The notes under the pieces were generated by a model. The model had not been told where the DNA came from, searched no databases, and saw only the letters and a list, made by a program, of their open reading frames with translations. Shown here in pieces: positions 18,872-28,333 of a stretch of DNA of 64,000 nucleotides; within the stretch, counting starts at the first letter, position 1, and each line of letters opens with the position of its first letter. The DNA is taken from contig CAYRUR010000004.1 of assembly GCA_964427615.1 (NCBI GenBank), positions 10,975 to 74,974 of the forward strand. The letters run 5' to 3'. This stretch comes from an uncultured Gammaproteobacteria bacterium. Lineage in GTDB: Bacteria > Patescibacteriota > Microgenomatia > Levybacterales > GWA1-39-11. The position numbers and the translations under genes were made by a program.

Positions 18872-19384
18872 ATGGAAGTATTGAAAAATAAAGGTGTTCT
18901 GGCATTTATAGGAGTAGTAGTTGTGTTGCTTGTTGCCGGAGGCATCTTTTATTTTGTCTCAGCAAGCTCCCAGAATAGTGAAGCAGAACCAGTAGCTGAG
19001 GAATCCACTCTCAAACAAGTCTCCCCTGAAGAAATTGGACTCACTCTTGAGCTTTCTAAGGATAAAAAAGAAGTAGTAATGAAAATTGCTAAATTAGACG
19101 GCATTAAATCCATTGAGTACGAGGCAAGCTATGATGCAGAGGAAGAAGATAAAGAATCAGGTGAATCACTGGTCATAACACAAGGAGTTACGAGTGGTGA
19201 ACCATTAGTGGTAAAGTCTGGTGATAAGGAATTAAAAAGAGAAATAACACTAGGTACGTGTTCTGCAAATGTGTGTCGGTATCACACAGTAGCCAGTGAT
19301 ATTCAATTCATTATTAAAGTTAACTATGCAAATGGTGAAATAGGGCAAGTAGAAACAACACTTTCATATCCTCAGTCAGAGTAG
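18872..19384 (+). CDS. Hypothetical membrane-anchored extracytoplasmic acidic protein
   Basis: An N-terminal TM helix, VLAFIGVVVVLLVAGGIFYFV, followed by a Glu/Asp-rich region; no family recognised. Confidence 0.35.
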   Translation: MEVLKNKGVLAFIGVVVVLLVAGGIFYFVSASSQNSEAEPVAEESTLKQVSPEEIGLTLELSKDKKEVVMKIAKLDGIKSIEYEASYDAEEEDKESGESLVITQGVTSGEPLVVKSGDKELKREITLGTCSANVCRYHTVASDIQFIIKVNYANGEIGQVETTLSYPQSE

Positions 19385-19546
19385 TCTTAAATTCTTTGAG
19401 TAAAAACTTTTCACACTCTTTATTTTTCTTGTTAAATGAATCTTCTTTCGTAAGAGAATAGTAAGTCCTCCTTTTTTTGAACCTAAATTTAATCTTTCTT
19501 GTGAAAAGTCGTGGAAATGCTATTGACTTTTCGTGAAAAGTAGTCC

Positions 19547-19583
19547 AAAATGGTAGAAAGTGGTAAAAAGTGGAATAAAGTGG
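19547..19583 (+). promoter_or_regulatory. Putative MraZ operator: AAAGTGG x3 with exact 10-bp periodicity (19557, 19567, 19577), plus a degenerate AAAATGG at 19547
   Basis: The direct repeats are read from the sequence 10-40 nt upstream of the mraZ ATG. MraZ proteins are known to bind 10-bp-spaced direct repeats in their own promoter. Confidence 0.5.
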
Positions 19584-19593
19584 TGAATAAGAG

Positions 19594-20025
19594 ATGATAC
19601 TAGGACAACATAATGCAAAAGTTGGTGAAAAAGGGAGAGTAGCTTTTCCAAAACGATTTCGGGAAGAGTTAGGAGATAAGATCATTGTTACGTACGGATT
19701 TGAGAATGCTTTGATGCTTGTATCAGAAAAGAATTGGGAAGCACTTTTGGAAGGTACAGAAGATAAATCATTTTTGCTAGGGAATGCACGAGACACACAA
19801 CGCTTTTTGCTAGGAGGAGCAGCTGTTGTAGAGTTGGACAGCCAGGGTAGATTTATATTACCTGATTACTTACGAGAGTTTGCAAAGATCAAAGACGAAG
19901 TAGTCTTCATTGGACTTAATAAGTACATAGAGGTATGGGACAAAAAGAGATGGGAAGCACACAGAGATAGTATTCAGGGAAATATCGCCGAGGTTGCTGA
20001 AAAGCTTATCGGCAAGATTGAATAA
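19594..20025 (+). CDS. mraZ: Transcriptional regulator MraZ
   Basis: Two MraZ half-domains; FPKRFREEL, GRFILPDYLREFAKI. Confidence 0.8.
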   Translation: MILGQHNAKVGEKGRVAFPKRFREELGDKIIVTYGFENALMLVSEKNWEALLEGTEDKSFLLGNARDTQRFLLGGAAVVELDSQGRFILPDYLREFAKIKDEVVFIGLNKYIEVWDKKRWEAHRDSIQGNIAEVAEKLIGKIE

Positions 20026-20030
20026 AAAAA

Positions 20031-20903
20031 ATGGAAACAGTTCACATTCCAGTTCTTTTAAAAGAAGTACTAGAGCATTTAGACATAGAAGAGGGAAGAA
20101 AGTATATTGACGCAACACTTGGTGGGGGAGGACACACTGAAGCAATTGCCCAAAAAGGAGGAATAGTTTTGGCTATTGATCAGGACGAGAAAGCAGTGAG
20201 AGCAGCAGAAGAAAAATTGAAAGGTAATAAGCACATTGTTATTCGAAAAGGGAATTTCTCAGATATAAAAGCGATTGCCGCTCCTGATTTTACCGCTGTA
20301 AACGGTATTTTATTTGACCTTGGTTTATCCAGTGATCAATTAGAGCAGTCAGGAAGAGGATTTAGTTTTTTAAAGGATGAGGCACTTGATATGAGAATGG
20401 ATACTTCCCAAGCAGTGACCGCTGCCAATATAGTCAATACATGGAGCGAAGAAGAGCTATATGAATTATTTACAAAAGTGGGTGAGGAAGAGTTTTCCCG
20501 TCCTATCATAGATGTTCTGGTAAGAAGCCGTAAAGGAAAACCTTTGACAAGTAGTAAAGAACTTGCAGAGCTTATCGCAGGGGTAAAACCAAGAATAAAA
20601 GGCATACATCCTGCAACTAAAGTCTTTATGGCACTGCGTATTGCAGTAAATGATGAATTAGGAAGCTTAAAAAAAGGACTTGCCTCAGCCAAAGACTTGT
20701 TGCTTCCTCAAGGAAAAATAGCAGTGATTAGTTTTCATTCGCTAGAGGACAGGATTGTAAAAAATACATTTCGAGAGTGGGAAGAGACAGGATTGGGGAA
20801 AGTTGAGACAAAAAAACCAATTATAGGAAGTGAGGAAGAAATAAAACAAAATAAACGTGCAAGAAGCGCCAAATTACGAGTGTTTACATATGAAAAAAAT
20901 TAA
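20031..20903 (+). CDS. rsmH: 16S rRNA (cytosine1402-N4)-methyltransferase RsmH
   Basis: HIPVLLKEVLEHL...IDATLGGGGHTEAI...FDLGLSSDQL, the canonical MraW motifs. Confidence 0.85.
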   Translation: METVHIPVLLKEVLEHLDIEEGRKYIDATLGGGGHTEAIAQKGGIVLAIDQDEKAVRAAEEKLKGNKHIVIRKGNFSDIKAIAAPDFTAVNGILFDLGLSSDQLEQSGRGFSFLKDEALDMRMDTSQAVTAANIVNTWSEEELYELFTKVGEEEFSRPIIDVLVRSRKGKPLTSSKELAELIAGVKPRIKGIHPATKVFMALRIAVNDELGSLKKGLASAKDLLLPQGKIAVISFHSLEDRIVKNTFREWEETGLGKVETKKPIIGSEEEIKQNKRARSAKLRVFTYEKN

Positions 20904-21171
20904 TATTCTTATTATAGTATTAGTACTTATTGCAGGAGTATTGCAGGGAGTAAATATTTTTCTCTCCAATAAAGTAGCTGCTGATAGTCTGGAAGCAGCA
21001 AGTTTACGAGAGAAAATAGAGAAGTTGGAAGAAAAAAACCAGTTGGTTCATGCAAAAGTACTGGAGTTGGCATCTCTTGAGCAGATTGCATCTCGTGCAG
21101 CACAGCTTGGTTTTGTAGAAAAAGACAACTATATTTCTCTCTATTCTCCTCTTGAGGTAGCGGTGAGATAA
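20890..21171 (+). CDS. ftsL: Cell division protein FtsL-like (a single TM helix plus coiled coil)
   Basis: Small bitopic protein (INILIIVLVLIAGVL) with a coiled-coil stretch (KIEKLEEKNQLVHAKVLELASLEQ) in the canonical position between rsmH and ftsI. Its ATG at 20890 overlaps the rsmH end. Confidence 0.45.
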   Translation: MKKINILIIVLVLIAGVLQGVNIFLSNKVAADSLEAASLREKIEKLEEKNQLVHAKVLELASLEQIASRAAQLGFVEKDNYISLYSPLEVAVR

Positions 21172-22859
21172 TGAAGAAATCCAACTCTTATCGATTACAT
21201 CTTATTATTTTCGGTTTTGTTATTGCTTTTTTGCTGTTGACTGTCAGGCTTTTTTATTGGCAAGTACTGCATACCAAGGAGTTTAAAGCATATGGAGCTT
21301 TACAAAGTACTGAGTCTCTCAATGTTGCCTCCAAAAGAGGAGAAATCTTTTCAAGTGATGGGTATGCACTAGCGAGCAATAAGCTAGAATATCTTCTGTA
21401 TGCAAATCCTCGCGTTATTGATAAAAAGACAGAGTATGCAGAAAAATTATCAAAAGTACTGGATATTGATGAGGCAACCATTTCTGCTCAACTAGATAAG
21501 GAATTATTCTGGGTAAAAATAGCTAATAGACTCAATGAGAAAGAAAAGCAAGCAGTGGAGAATTTGAAGCTTGAAGGGTTGGGTTTTGAGCAAGAAAATC
21601 TTCGTTTTTATCCTGAGGCTTCTATGGCTGCACATCTTGTTGGATTTTTAGGAAAGGACGAGTTAGGAAATCAACAAGGATATTTTGGTATTGAGGGGTT
21701 GTACAATGAGCAATTGGAAGGAAGACCAGGAAGACTGTATGTTGTCAAAGATGCGTTAGGAAATCCTGTTATTAATGATATTCGTGAGGAAAAAAGAATT
21801 AACGGAAGAGATCTCACTCTAACGATTGATAGAACGATTCAATTCATAGCAGAAAAAAAATTAAAAGAAGGGGTAAAAAAATATGAAGCTCAAGGAGGGA
21901 GCGTGATTATTATGGAGCCTTCAACTGGTAAAGTGCTCGCTATGGCATCAGTTCCTAATTTTGATGCACAAACATATTGGGAATTTGATCCTGCCAGTTA
22001 TGTAAATCCTGTTATCTCCAAACTATATGAACCAGGTTCTACTTTTAAAGTTCTTGTAATGGCAGCAGCTCTTGATCTTGGGGTTATAAAGCCTGATACC
22101 CAGTGTACTATCTGTGCAGGACCGGTAAAGATAGGAGAGTATGAGATTAAGACATGGAATAATAAATACTATGCTAACACTACAATGACTGAGGTTATTC
22201 AACATTCCGATAATACGGGAATGGTTTTTGTAGGAAGAAAAATGGGATTGGATAATTTAATACAATATTTTAAGAAGTTTGGTATTGGAGAAAAGACAGG
22301 AATTGATTTACAAGGAGAAGTTACAGGAGAAATTAGAGATAGAGATAGCTGGTACCCTATTGATCTTGCAACTGCTACCTTTGGTCAAGGAATTTCAGTA
22401 ACACCTATGCAGTTGGTTACCGGAGTTGCAGCTATTGCTAATGGTGGTAACATGGTAAAGCCATATGTTGTAGATAAAATAGAAACAGATGAGGGAAAGG
22501 TGATAACAACAGAGCCAGAGATTCGTGGAAGAGCTATCAAAGAAACAACAGCCAAGGTTATGACATGGATCATGGTCAACTCAGTAGATAAAGGAGAATC
22601 AAAATGGACAAGACTGGATGGGTATAAGGTTGCAGGAAAGACCGGAACTGCTCAAATTCCAGTAGAAGGACATTATGACCCGCGTAATACAATTGCTTCT
22701 TTTGTTGGATTTTTTCCTGCTGATGAACCAAAAATAACGATGCTTGTGCTCGTAAACCGGCCTAAAACAAGCATTTATGGATCAGAGACAGCTGCCCCTA
22801 TTTTTTTCTCTATCGCACGGGAGATAGTAAATTATTATAATATTCCTCCTTCCTACTAA
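21171..22859 (+). CDS. ftsI: Class B penicillin-binding protein (FtsI-type peptidoglycan D,D-transpeptidase)
   Basis: N-terminal TM helix, a dimerisation domain, and the transpeptidase motifs STFK, HSDN and KTGT. Confidence 0.8.
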   Translation: MKKSNSYRLHLIIFGFVIAFLLLTVRLFYWQVLHTKEFKAYGALQSTESLNVASKRGEIFSSDGYALASNKLEYLLYANPRVIDKKTEYAEKLSKVLDIDEATISAQLDKELFWVKIANRLNEKEKQAVENLKLEGLGFEQENLRFYPEASMAAHLVGFLGKDELGNQQGYFGIEGLYNEQLEGRPGRLYVVKDALGNPVINDIREEKRINGRDLTLTIDRTIQFIAEKKLKEGVKKYEAQGGSVIIMEPSTGKVLAMASVPNFDAQTYWEFDPASYVNPVISKLYEPGSTFKVLVMAAALDLGVIKPDTQCTICAGPVKIGEYEIKTWNNKYYANTTMTEVIQHSDNTGMVFVGRKMGLDNLIQYFKKFGIGEKTGIDLQGEVTGEIRDRDSWYPIDLATATFGQGISVTPMQLVTGVAAIANGGNMVKPYVVDKIETDEGKVITTEPEIRGRAIKETTAKVMTWIMVNSVDKGESKWTRLDGYKVAGKTGTAQIPVEGHYDPRNTIASFVGFFPADEPKITMLVLVNRPKTSIYGSETAAPIFFSIAREIVNYYNIPPSY

Positions 22860-22912
22860 TATAGTAAAATTGATTCAGGAGCAAGATTTGCATATAATAA
22901 CCTATAACAATT

Positions 22913-24154
22913 ATGATACGCACACTTAAAAATAAAGCTCATCTTCTACTTGCCCTTACTGCAAATATCATAAACGGTTTTCCGGCACGTAAATTAACAG
23001 TCATAGGAGTAACTGGGACAGATGGTAAAACAACAACTGTTCATCTTATCTATCACATTTTGCGCAAAAATGGATATAAAGCAGCTGCTATTTCTACTGT
23101 CGGTGCGTATATTTCTGAAGAAAACCTTGATATAGGGTTTCATGTTACTACTCCTTCACCATTTCTTTTACAAAAATATATTAAAAGAGCAGTGGCCAAT
23201 AACAATACCCATTTAGTTCTTGAAATAACTTCTCATGGATTGGATCAGTATAGGGACTATGGTATTGATTATGCATTTGGTATATTAACCAATATTTCTC
23301 CAGAACATCTTGATTATCACAAAACATATGATCATTATGTAAAAACAAAGGCAAAGCTGTTAGTAAAAGCAGCAAAAGTTATAATAAATAAGGATGATAT
23401 TTCATATAAAAAAATACGGGCTTTTCTTTCTAAAAAGGATAAAAAAGATATCATAACGTATGGGTTGGGAGAAGACGCAATGATAAATCCTTATACCACA
23501 GTACTTGATTCTCATCTATCGGGAGATTTTAACAGATATAATTTTCTTGCAGCAGCTGCGGTTGCCAGAGAATTAGGGATAAGTGATAAAGGCATAGAAC
23601 AAGCTATGAAAACGTATCTTCCGCCATTAGGCCGCCAGGATGTGGTATTTGATAATGGTTTTCGAGTTATGATTGATTTTGCTCATACGCAAAACTCATT
23701 TAAAGAGTTACTCTCATTTCTGGCAAAAGAAAAAAAGAAACGATTGATTCACGTTTTTGGATGTGCAGGAAAAAGAGATACCGAAAAAAGGCCGGAAATG
23801 GGAAAGGTGTCTGCACAATTTAGTGATGTCATTATCCTAACTGCTGAAGATCCACGAGGAGAAGCAGTAGAGAGTATTAACCATGATATTGAAAAAGGAA
23901 TACAAGGTTTCACACTTGCACAGGATGAAAAAGAAATAGATGGCAAAAGAAAAGTATATTTAAAAACAAATGATCGCAAACAGGCCATTGAAATGGCTAT
24001 CAGAATCGCTGAGAAAGGAGATATGGTTATTATTACTGGAAAATCACATGAGAAATCGATGAATCTGGATGGAAAACATGAGGTTCCGTGGAATGAATTC
24101 ACAATTGTAAAAGAAGCACTCAAAAAGAGAAAACAAAATACAAAGAAAGCTTAG
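22913..24154 (+). CDS. murE: Mur ligase, MurE-like (UDP-MurNAc-L-Ala-D-Glu:diamino acid ligase), lacking the canonical N-terminal UDP-binding domain
   Basis: The P-loop VIGVTGTDGKTTT begins at residue 30. ILTNISPEHLDYHKTYDHY matches the MurE DHLDYHG motif. Only 53 nt separate it from the ftsI stop, so no upstream coding space exists. Confidence 0.6.
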   Translation: MIRTLKNKAHLLLALTANIINGFPARKLTVIGVTGTDGKTTTVHLIYHILRKNGYKAAAISTVGAYISEENLDIGFHVTTPSPFLLQKYIKRAVANNNTHLVLEITSHGLDQYRDYGIDYAFGILTNISPEHLDYHKTYDHYVKTKAKLLVKAAKVIINKDDISYKKIRAFLSKKDKKDIITYGLGEDAMINPYTTVLDSHLSGDFNRYNFLAAAAVARELGISDKGIEQAMKTYLPPLGRQDVVFDNGFRVMIDFAHTQNSFKELLSFLAKEKKKRLIHVFGCAGKRDTEKRPEMGKVSAQFSDVIILTAEDPRGEAVESINHDIEKGIQGFTLAQDEKEIDGKRKVYLKTNDRKQAIEMAIRIAEKGDMVIITGKSHEKSMNLDGKHEVPWNEFTIVKEALKKRKQNTKKA

Positions 24155-24159
24155 ACAGT

Positions 24160-25608
24160 ATGAAATATAAAAAAATATTTTTTGTTGGGATAAAAGGAGT
24201 TGGTATGACTTCTCTTGCCGTGATAGCAAAAGAAGCAGGAATATCAGTTAGTGGAAGTGATGTTGCGGAAGTATTTATTACTGATGCTATTTTGGAACAC
24301 ACTGGTATTAAGGTTTTAGAGGGATTTGATGCAAAACATATTGATAATTTTTTTCATTCAGAATTTGATGAAGGGCTAGTTATTACTACCGGAGCTCATG
24401 GGGGATTATCAAATGAAGAAGTAATAAGAGCAAAAGAGTTGGGTATTCCGGTAATGACACATGGGATGGCAGTAGGCTTTTTTATGTCTGGAGAGCTTTT
24501 TGACAGAAATCTCAAAGGGGTCTCAGTGGCTGGTTCTCATGGTAAGACTACCACTTCAGCTATGATAGCGACTGTACTTTCCTTGGTGGAAAAAGACCCA
24601 TCATACGCTATCGGAACTAGTGAGGTATTTCCTTTGGGCTTTGCAGGACATTATGGAGAAGGTGAGTATTTTGTGGCTGAAGCAGACGAATATGCTTCTG
24701 ATATTCAGTATGATAAAACGCCAAAGTTATTTTATCAAAAACCTGACGTTGCAGTGATTACTAATATTGATTTTGATCATCCTGATTTTTATCAAGATTT
24801 AGAAAGTGTATATAAAACTTTTGATCATTTTTTGAAGCAAATGGCTAAAGACGGAATGATTATTGTCAATGGAGATGATGACAGACTAACACAGATTGCA
24901 AAAAAACATGAAAATAAGAAGGTAATAACATTTGGAGTAAAAAAAGAGAACGATTATTATATTGAAAATTTTGCGGAAAAAGGGTTGGGATCTGAATTTG
25001 ATGTATATACTCAGAAAGGGTTACTTGGTAGATTTTCTCTTGCTGTGCCGGGTCTTCATAATGCAGTAAATATGTTAGCAGCAATTATTCTTTTAATAGA
25101 AGAAAAAATTGAGATAGACATGATAAAAGAAGCAGTAGCACAGTTTAGAGGTACCAAAAGAAGACTTGAGATAATAGGAGAGACAACACAAGGAGCTGTA
25201 CTTATTGATGACTATGCGCATCATCCAAAAGAGATTGAGACAACGCTTATAGCACTACGAAAGGCTTTTCCTAATAAGAAAATTGTCTCTATTTTTCAAC
25301 CACATATGGTGTCTCGCACAAAAGCACTTCTTGCTGAGTTTGTGGACTCTTTTAAACATGCAGATGCATTACTTTTTTTACCCGTTTTTACATCTGCAAG
25401 AGAAAAGGGAGATGCCGTAGCTTTACAACAAGAAGTAGAAAAAGCATTTGATGGTAAAGATGTTGCAATTACGTTTCCAGAAACCAAAGATGCTGTGATA
25501 GAATACATTAACCAAAATTGTAATAATCCCAATTTTGTTATTGTTACTATTGGTGCAGGAGACGTATATAAAATAGGATATCAATTAAAACAGTATGAAA
25601 CAGTATAG
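24160..25608 (+). CDS. murC: UDP-N-acetylmuramate--L-alanine ligase
   Basis: N-terminal FFVGIKGVGMTSLAVIAKEAGISVSGSD (the MurC Rossmann motif) and the P-loop GSHGKTTT. Confidence 0.75.
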   Translation: MKYKKIFFVGIKGVGMTSLAVIAKEAGISVSGSDVAEVFITDAILEHTGIKVLEGFDAKHIDNFFHSEFDEGLVITTGAHGGLSNEEVIRAKELGIPVMTHGMAVGFFMSGELFDRNLKGVSVAGSHGKTTTSAMIATVLSLVEKDPSYAIGTSEVFPLGFAGHYGEGEYFVAEADEYASDIQYDKTPKLFYQKPDVAVITNIDFDHPDFYQDLESVYKTFDHFLKQMAKDGMIIVNGDDDRLTQIAKKHENKKVITFGVKKENDYYIENFAEKGLGSEFDVYTQKGLLGRFSLAVPGLHNAVNMLAAIILLIEEKIEIDMIKEAVAQFRGTKRRLEIIGETTQGAVLIDDYAHHPKEIETTLIALRKAFPNKKIVSIFQPHMVSRTKALLAEFVDSFKHADALLFLPVFTSAREKGDAVALQQEVEKAFDGKDVAITFPETKDAVIEYINQNCNNPNFVIVTIGAGDVYKIGYQLKQYETV

Positions 25609-26914
25609 TATTCAAGGTGGCAAACCATTAAAAGGAGAAATTACTATTTCAGGATCAAAAAATATTGTGTCAAAAGCGCTGATTGCAGCATGTTTGACAG
25701 ATGAAGAAGTGGTCATTAAAAACGTTCCGCTTATTAATGACTTTATGTTGATGCTTGATTTGGTGAAAGAAATTGGTGGTGAAGCTTCCTTTGATGGTCA
25801 TACATTAAGAGTGCGGGTAAAAGATATTAAGACTTGCAAAATTCCTTTGGAGATAGGCGCCAAGATAAAGACTTCTTCTATGTTTCTTGCTCCTTTACTG
25901 TTGCGGTGCAATGAAGCTATGATCCCTAATCCTGGTGGCTGTCGAATTGGTTCACGTCCTATTGATAGGCACATAAAAGGGCTTGAGCAGATGGGTGCAG
26001 AAATTGGTTATTTTAGTGAAGATGGGTATTTTCATGCAAAAACAAAAGGGCTTAATGGCACCACATTTCGTTTTGATAAAAACACTCACACCGGAACAGA
26101 AACGCTTATTTTAGCAGCAGCTTTGGCAAAAGGCAGAACTGTGCTTGAGAATGCTGCAGAAGAACATGAAGTGGATGATTTGATTACCCTCTTGAACAAA
26201 ATGGGTGCACGAATCAGAAGAACAGAAAAAAGAACGATTGTTATTGATGGAGTAGAAAAACTGCATGGGGCAACGCATGAGATTCTTTCAGATAGTAATG
26301 AACTAGTAACCTTTGCTATTACTTCAGCTTTAACAGGAGGAAATATTCATATTAAAAACGCAAACTTAAGTAAAGTTGAGACATTTTTACATTTGTATGA
26401 GCAAGCAGGTGGAGCATATGAACAAGTCGATGATTATGTGCGTTTTTATATACCCAATGGTATAAAACCGACAGACATTACCACAGCTCCGGAGCCTGGT
26501 TTTAAGACAGACTGGCAAAGTCTTTGGGCAGTTTTTATGACTCAGGCAGAGGGTGTTTCAACCATCCATGAGTCTATTTATGAGAACAGGTATGGATATG
26601 TTGAAGAACTGAAGAAAATGGGTGCTAATATTGAACTCTTTCAGCCAGAGGTAAAAGACCCCGACTCTTTTTATAATTTTAACTATGATCCTACTCATGA
26701 ATATTTGCAAGGGATAAAGATTACTGGTAAAACACCACTGCATAATGCAGTCATGCATATCTCTGATTTGCGTGCCGGAGCTACATTAGTGATTGCTGCT
26801 TTGATTGCAAAAGGGGAAAGCGTCATTTTTGGAGTAGAACAAATAGATAGAGGATACGAGGACTTTGATAATCGTCTTAGATCATTAGGAGCTGATATTA
26901 CGGTTACAGAATAA
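25595..26914 (+). CDS. murA: UDP-N-acetylglucosamine 1-carboxyvinyltransferase
   Basis: MKQYSIQGGKPLKGEITISGSKN...; EPT-fold length of 439 aa. Confidence 0.85.
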   Translation: MKQYSIQGGKPLKGEITISGSKNIVSKALIAACLTDEEVVIKNVPLINDFMLMLDLVKEIGGEASFDGHTLRVRVKDIKTCKIPLEIGAKIKTSSMFLAPLLLRCNEAMIPNPGGCRIGSRPIDRHIKGLEQMGAEIGYFSEDGYFHAKTKGLNGTTFRFDKNTHTGTETLILAAALAKGRTVLENAAEEHEVDDLITLLNKMGARIRRTEKRTIVIDGVEKLHGATHEILSDSNELVTFAITSALTGGNIHIKNANLSKVETFLHLYEQAGGAYEQVDDYVRFYIPNGIKPTDITTAPEPGFKTDWQSLWAVFMTQAEGVSTIHESIYENRYGYVEELKKMGANIELFQPEVKDPDSFYNFNYDPTHEYLQGIKITGKTPLHNAVMHISDLRAGATLVIAALIAKGESVIFGVEQIDRGYEDFDNRLRSLGADITVTE

Positions 26915-26915
26915 T

Positions 26916-27659
26916 ATGGAAGACAAAATTACAAATAACATTTGGGCAATAATTTTGGCAGCAGGAAAAGGGACTCGCATGAAATCATCAGACAAAAATA
27001 AAGTAGTGCTGGAAGTAGGAGGAGTTCCAATGCTTAAAAGAACAATTGATAATTTAAGAGAGGCATCTATTCAAAACATTATGATTGTGGTGGGTTTTGC
27101 AAAAGACTCTGTGTTGCAGGTACTGGATAAAGATATAAAAATTGCATATCAAAAAAAGAGATTAGGTACTGGACATGCTGTTAAAGTAGCACTTGATGCG
27201 ATTCCCAAAAGTGATACGGTATTAGTATTGCAGGGAGATGATTCATATATGTACACTCCTGAGATCTTAAAAGAGCTTTACACAGTGCATACCCAGCATA
27301 AGGCTGCACTGACCTTTTTGACTCTTATGGTCGACAACCCAAGTGGTCTTGGCAGAATTGTGAGAGGGAAAGATGGAAAAGTGGTAGGTATTGTAGAAGA
27401 AAAAGATGCCACAGCAGAACAAAGAAAAATTAAAGAGATAAATCCTGCCTGTTATATGTTCTCATATGATTTTTTGAAAAAAAATATTAAAAAAATAAAA
27501 AAGAGTCCAGTAACCAAGGAATACTATTTGACAAGACTGATTCATTTAGCAGTAGAGCAGAAAGAAATAATCGAGACCTTTACAGCAGATAATATTGCGT
27601 GGAGAGGTGTAAATACACCCGAAGAATTACAAGAAGCACAAAAACTTATCCAAAAATAG
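26916..27659 (+). CDS. Sugar-1-phosphate nucleotidyltransferase resembling the N-terminal (uridylyltransferase) domain of GlmU
   Basis: AIILAAGKGTRMKS, LGTGHAV and LQGDDSY align with the GlmU motifs LAAGKGTRM / LGTGHA / GD.P. Confidence 0.55.
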   Translation: MEDKITNNIWAIILAAGKGTRMKSSDKNKVVLEVGGVPMLKRTIDNLREASIQNIMIVVGFAKDSVLQVLDKDIKIAYQKKRLGTGHAVKVALDAIPKSDTVLVLQGDDSYMYTPEILKELYTVHTQHKAALTFLTLMVDNPSGLGRIVRGKDGKVVGIVEEKDATAEQRKIKEINPACYMFSYDFLKKNIKKIKKSPVTKEYYLTRLIHLAVEQKEIIETFTADNIAWRGVNTPEELQEAQKLIQK

Positions 27660-27663
27660 GTAC

Positions 27664-28308
27664 ATGGAACAAGACGCGTTGCATAACAAGAATTATTTTG
27701 ATTTATCACTTCTCTCTTTCCGTGACCTTTTTGACACTACTTACCTTTGGGAAGTAATTCCTCACATAGAAACATATATCAATTCATTATTTTTATCAGG
27801 AAAACTACAACCAAACTATAAGAGAGCAAAAAACGTATACATAGGAAAAGATGTGGAAATTCATGATACTGCTGAGATAAGAGGACCAGCGATTATTGGT
27901 GATGGTTCTGTTGTAGAACATGGAGCTTTATTAAGAAATGCCTGTTTGATAGGAAAAAATGTAAAAGTAGGGCATGCTGTTGAGATAAAAAATAGCGTTA
28001 TTTTAGATAATGCTGCGGTTGCACATTTAGGATATGTGGGAGACAGTATTATTGGTGATCATGTAAATATTTCCGGTGGAGCAATTATTGCTAATTACAG
28101 GCTCGATAAAAAAAATATAAAAATAAAAACACTTAATGGGGTTATAGAAACAGGATTGAAGAAATTTGGAGCGATTATTGGTGATGACAGTGTAATAGGA
28201 GTTAACGCAGTGATAAATCCAGGAACAATGATAGGGAAAAACTCTCTCGTGTATCCTCTGACATCAGTATCAGGATTGCACGCCCCTCAATCTATAATCA
28301 AAGGTTAG
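27664..28308 (+). CDS. Hexapeptide-repeat acyltransferase resembling the C-terminal (acetyltransferase) domain of GlmU
   Basis: Left-handed beta-helix repeats (VKVGHAVEIKNSVILDNAAVAHLGYVGDSIIGDHVNISGGAIIAN) in a gene that immediately follows the nucleotidyltransferase gene. Confidence 0.5.
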   Translation: MEQDALHNKNYFDLSLLSFRDLFDTTYLWEVIPHIETYINSLFLSGKLQPNYKRAKNVYIGKDVEIHDTAEIRGPAIIGDGSVVEHGALLRNACLIGKNVKVGHAVEIKNSVILDNAAVAHLGYVGDSIIGDHVNISGGAIIANYRLDKKNIKIKTLNGVIETGLKKFGAIIGDDSVIGVNAVINPGTMIGKNSLVYPLTSVSGLHAPQSIIKG

Positions 28309-28333
28309 CCAGATTTATAGATCTACAATTGGA

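Noticed and set aside
23749-24123. Antisense/nested ORFs of 60-160 aa inside long genes (e.g. 3062-3268, 6007-6294, 7062-7552, 7857-8150, 19320-19796, 23749-24123, 34106-34663, 43470-43790, 52796-53048, 61393-61719)
   Set aside because: They are low-complexity or Ser/Leu/Phe-rich translations lying entirely within well-supported genes on the opposite strand or in a different frame. Typical AT-rich-genome spurious ORFs.
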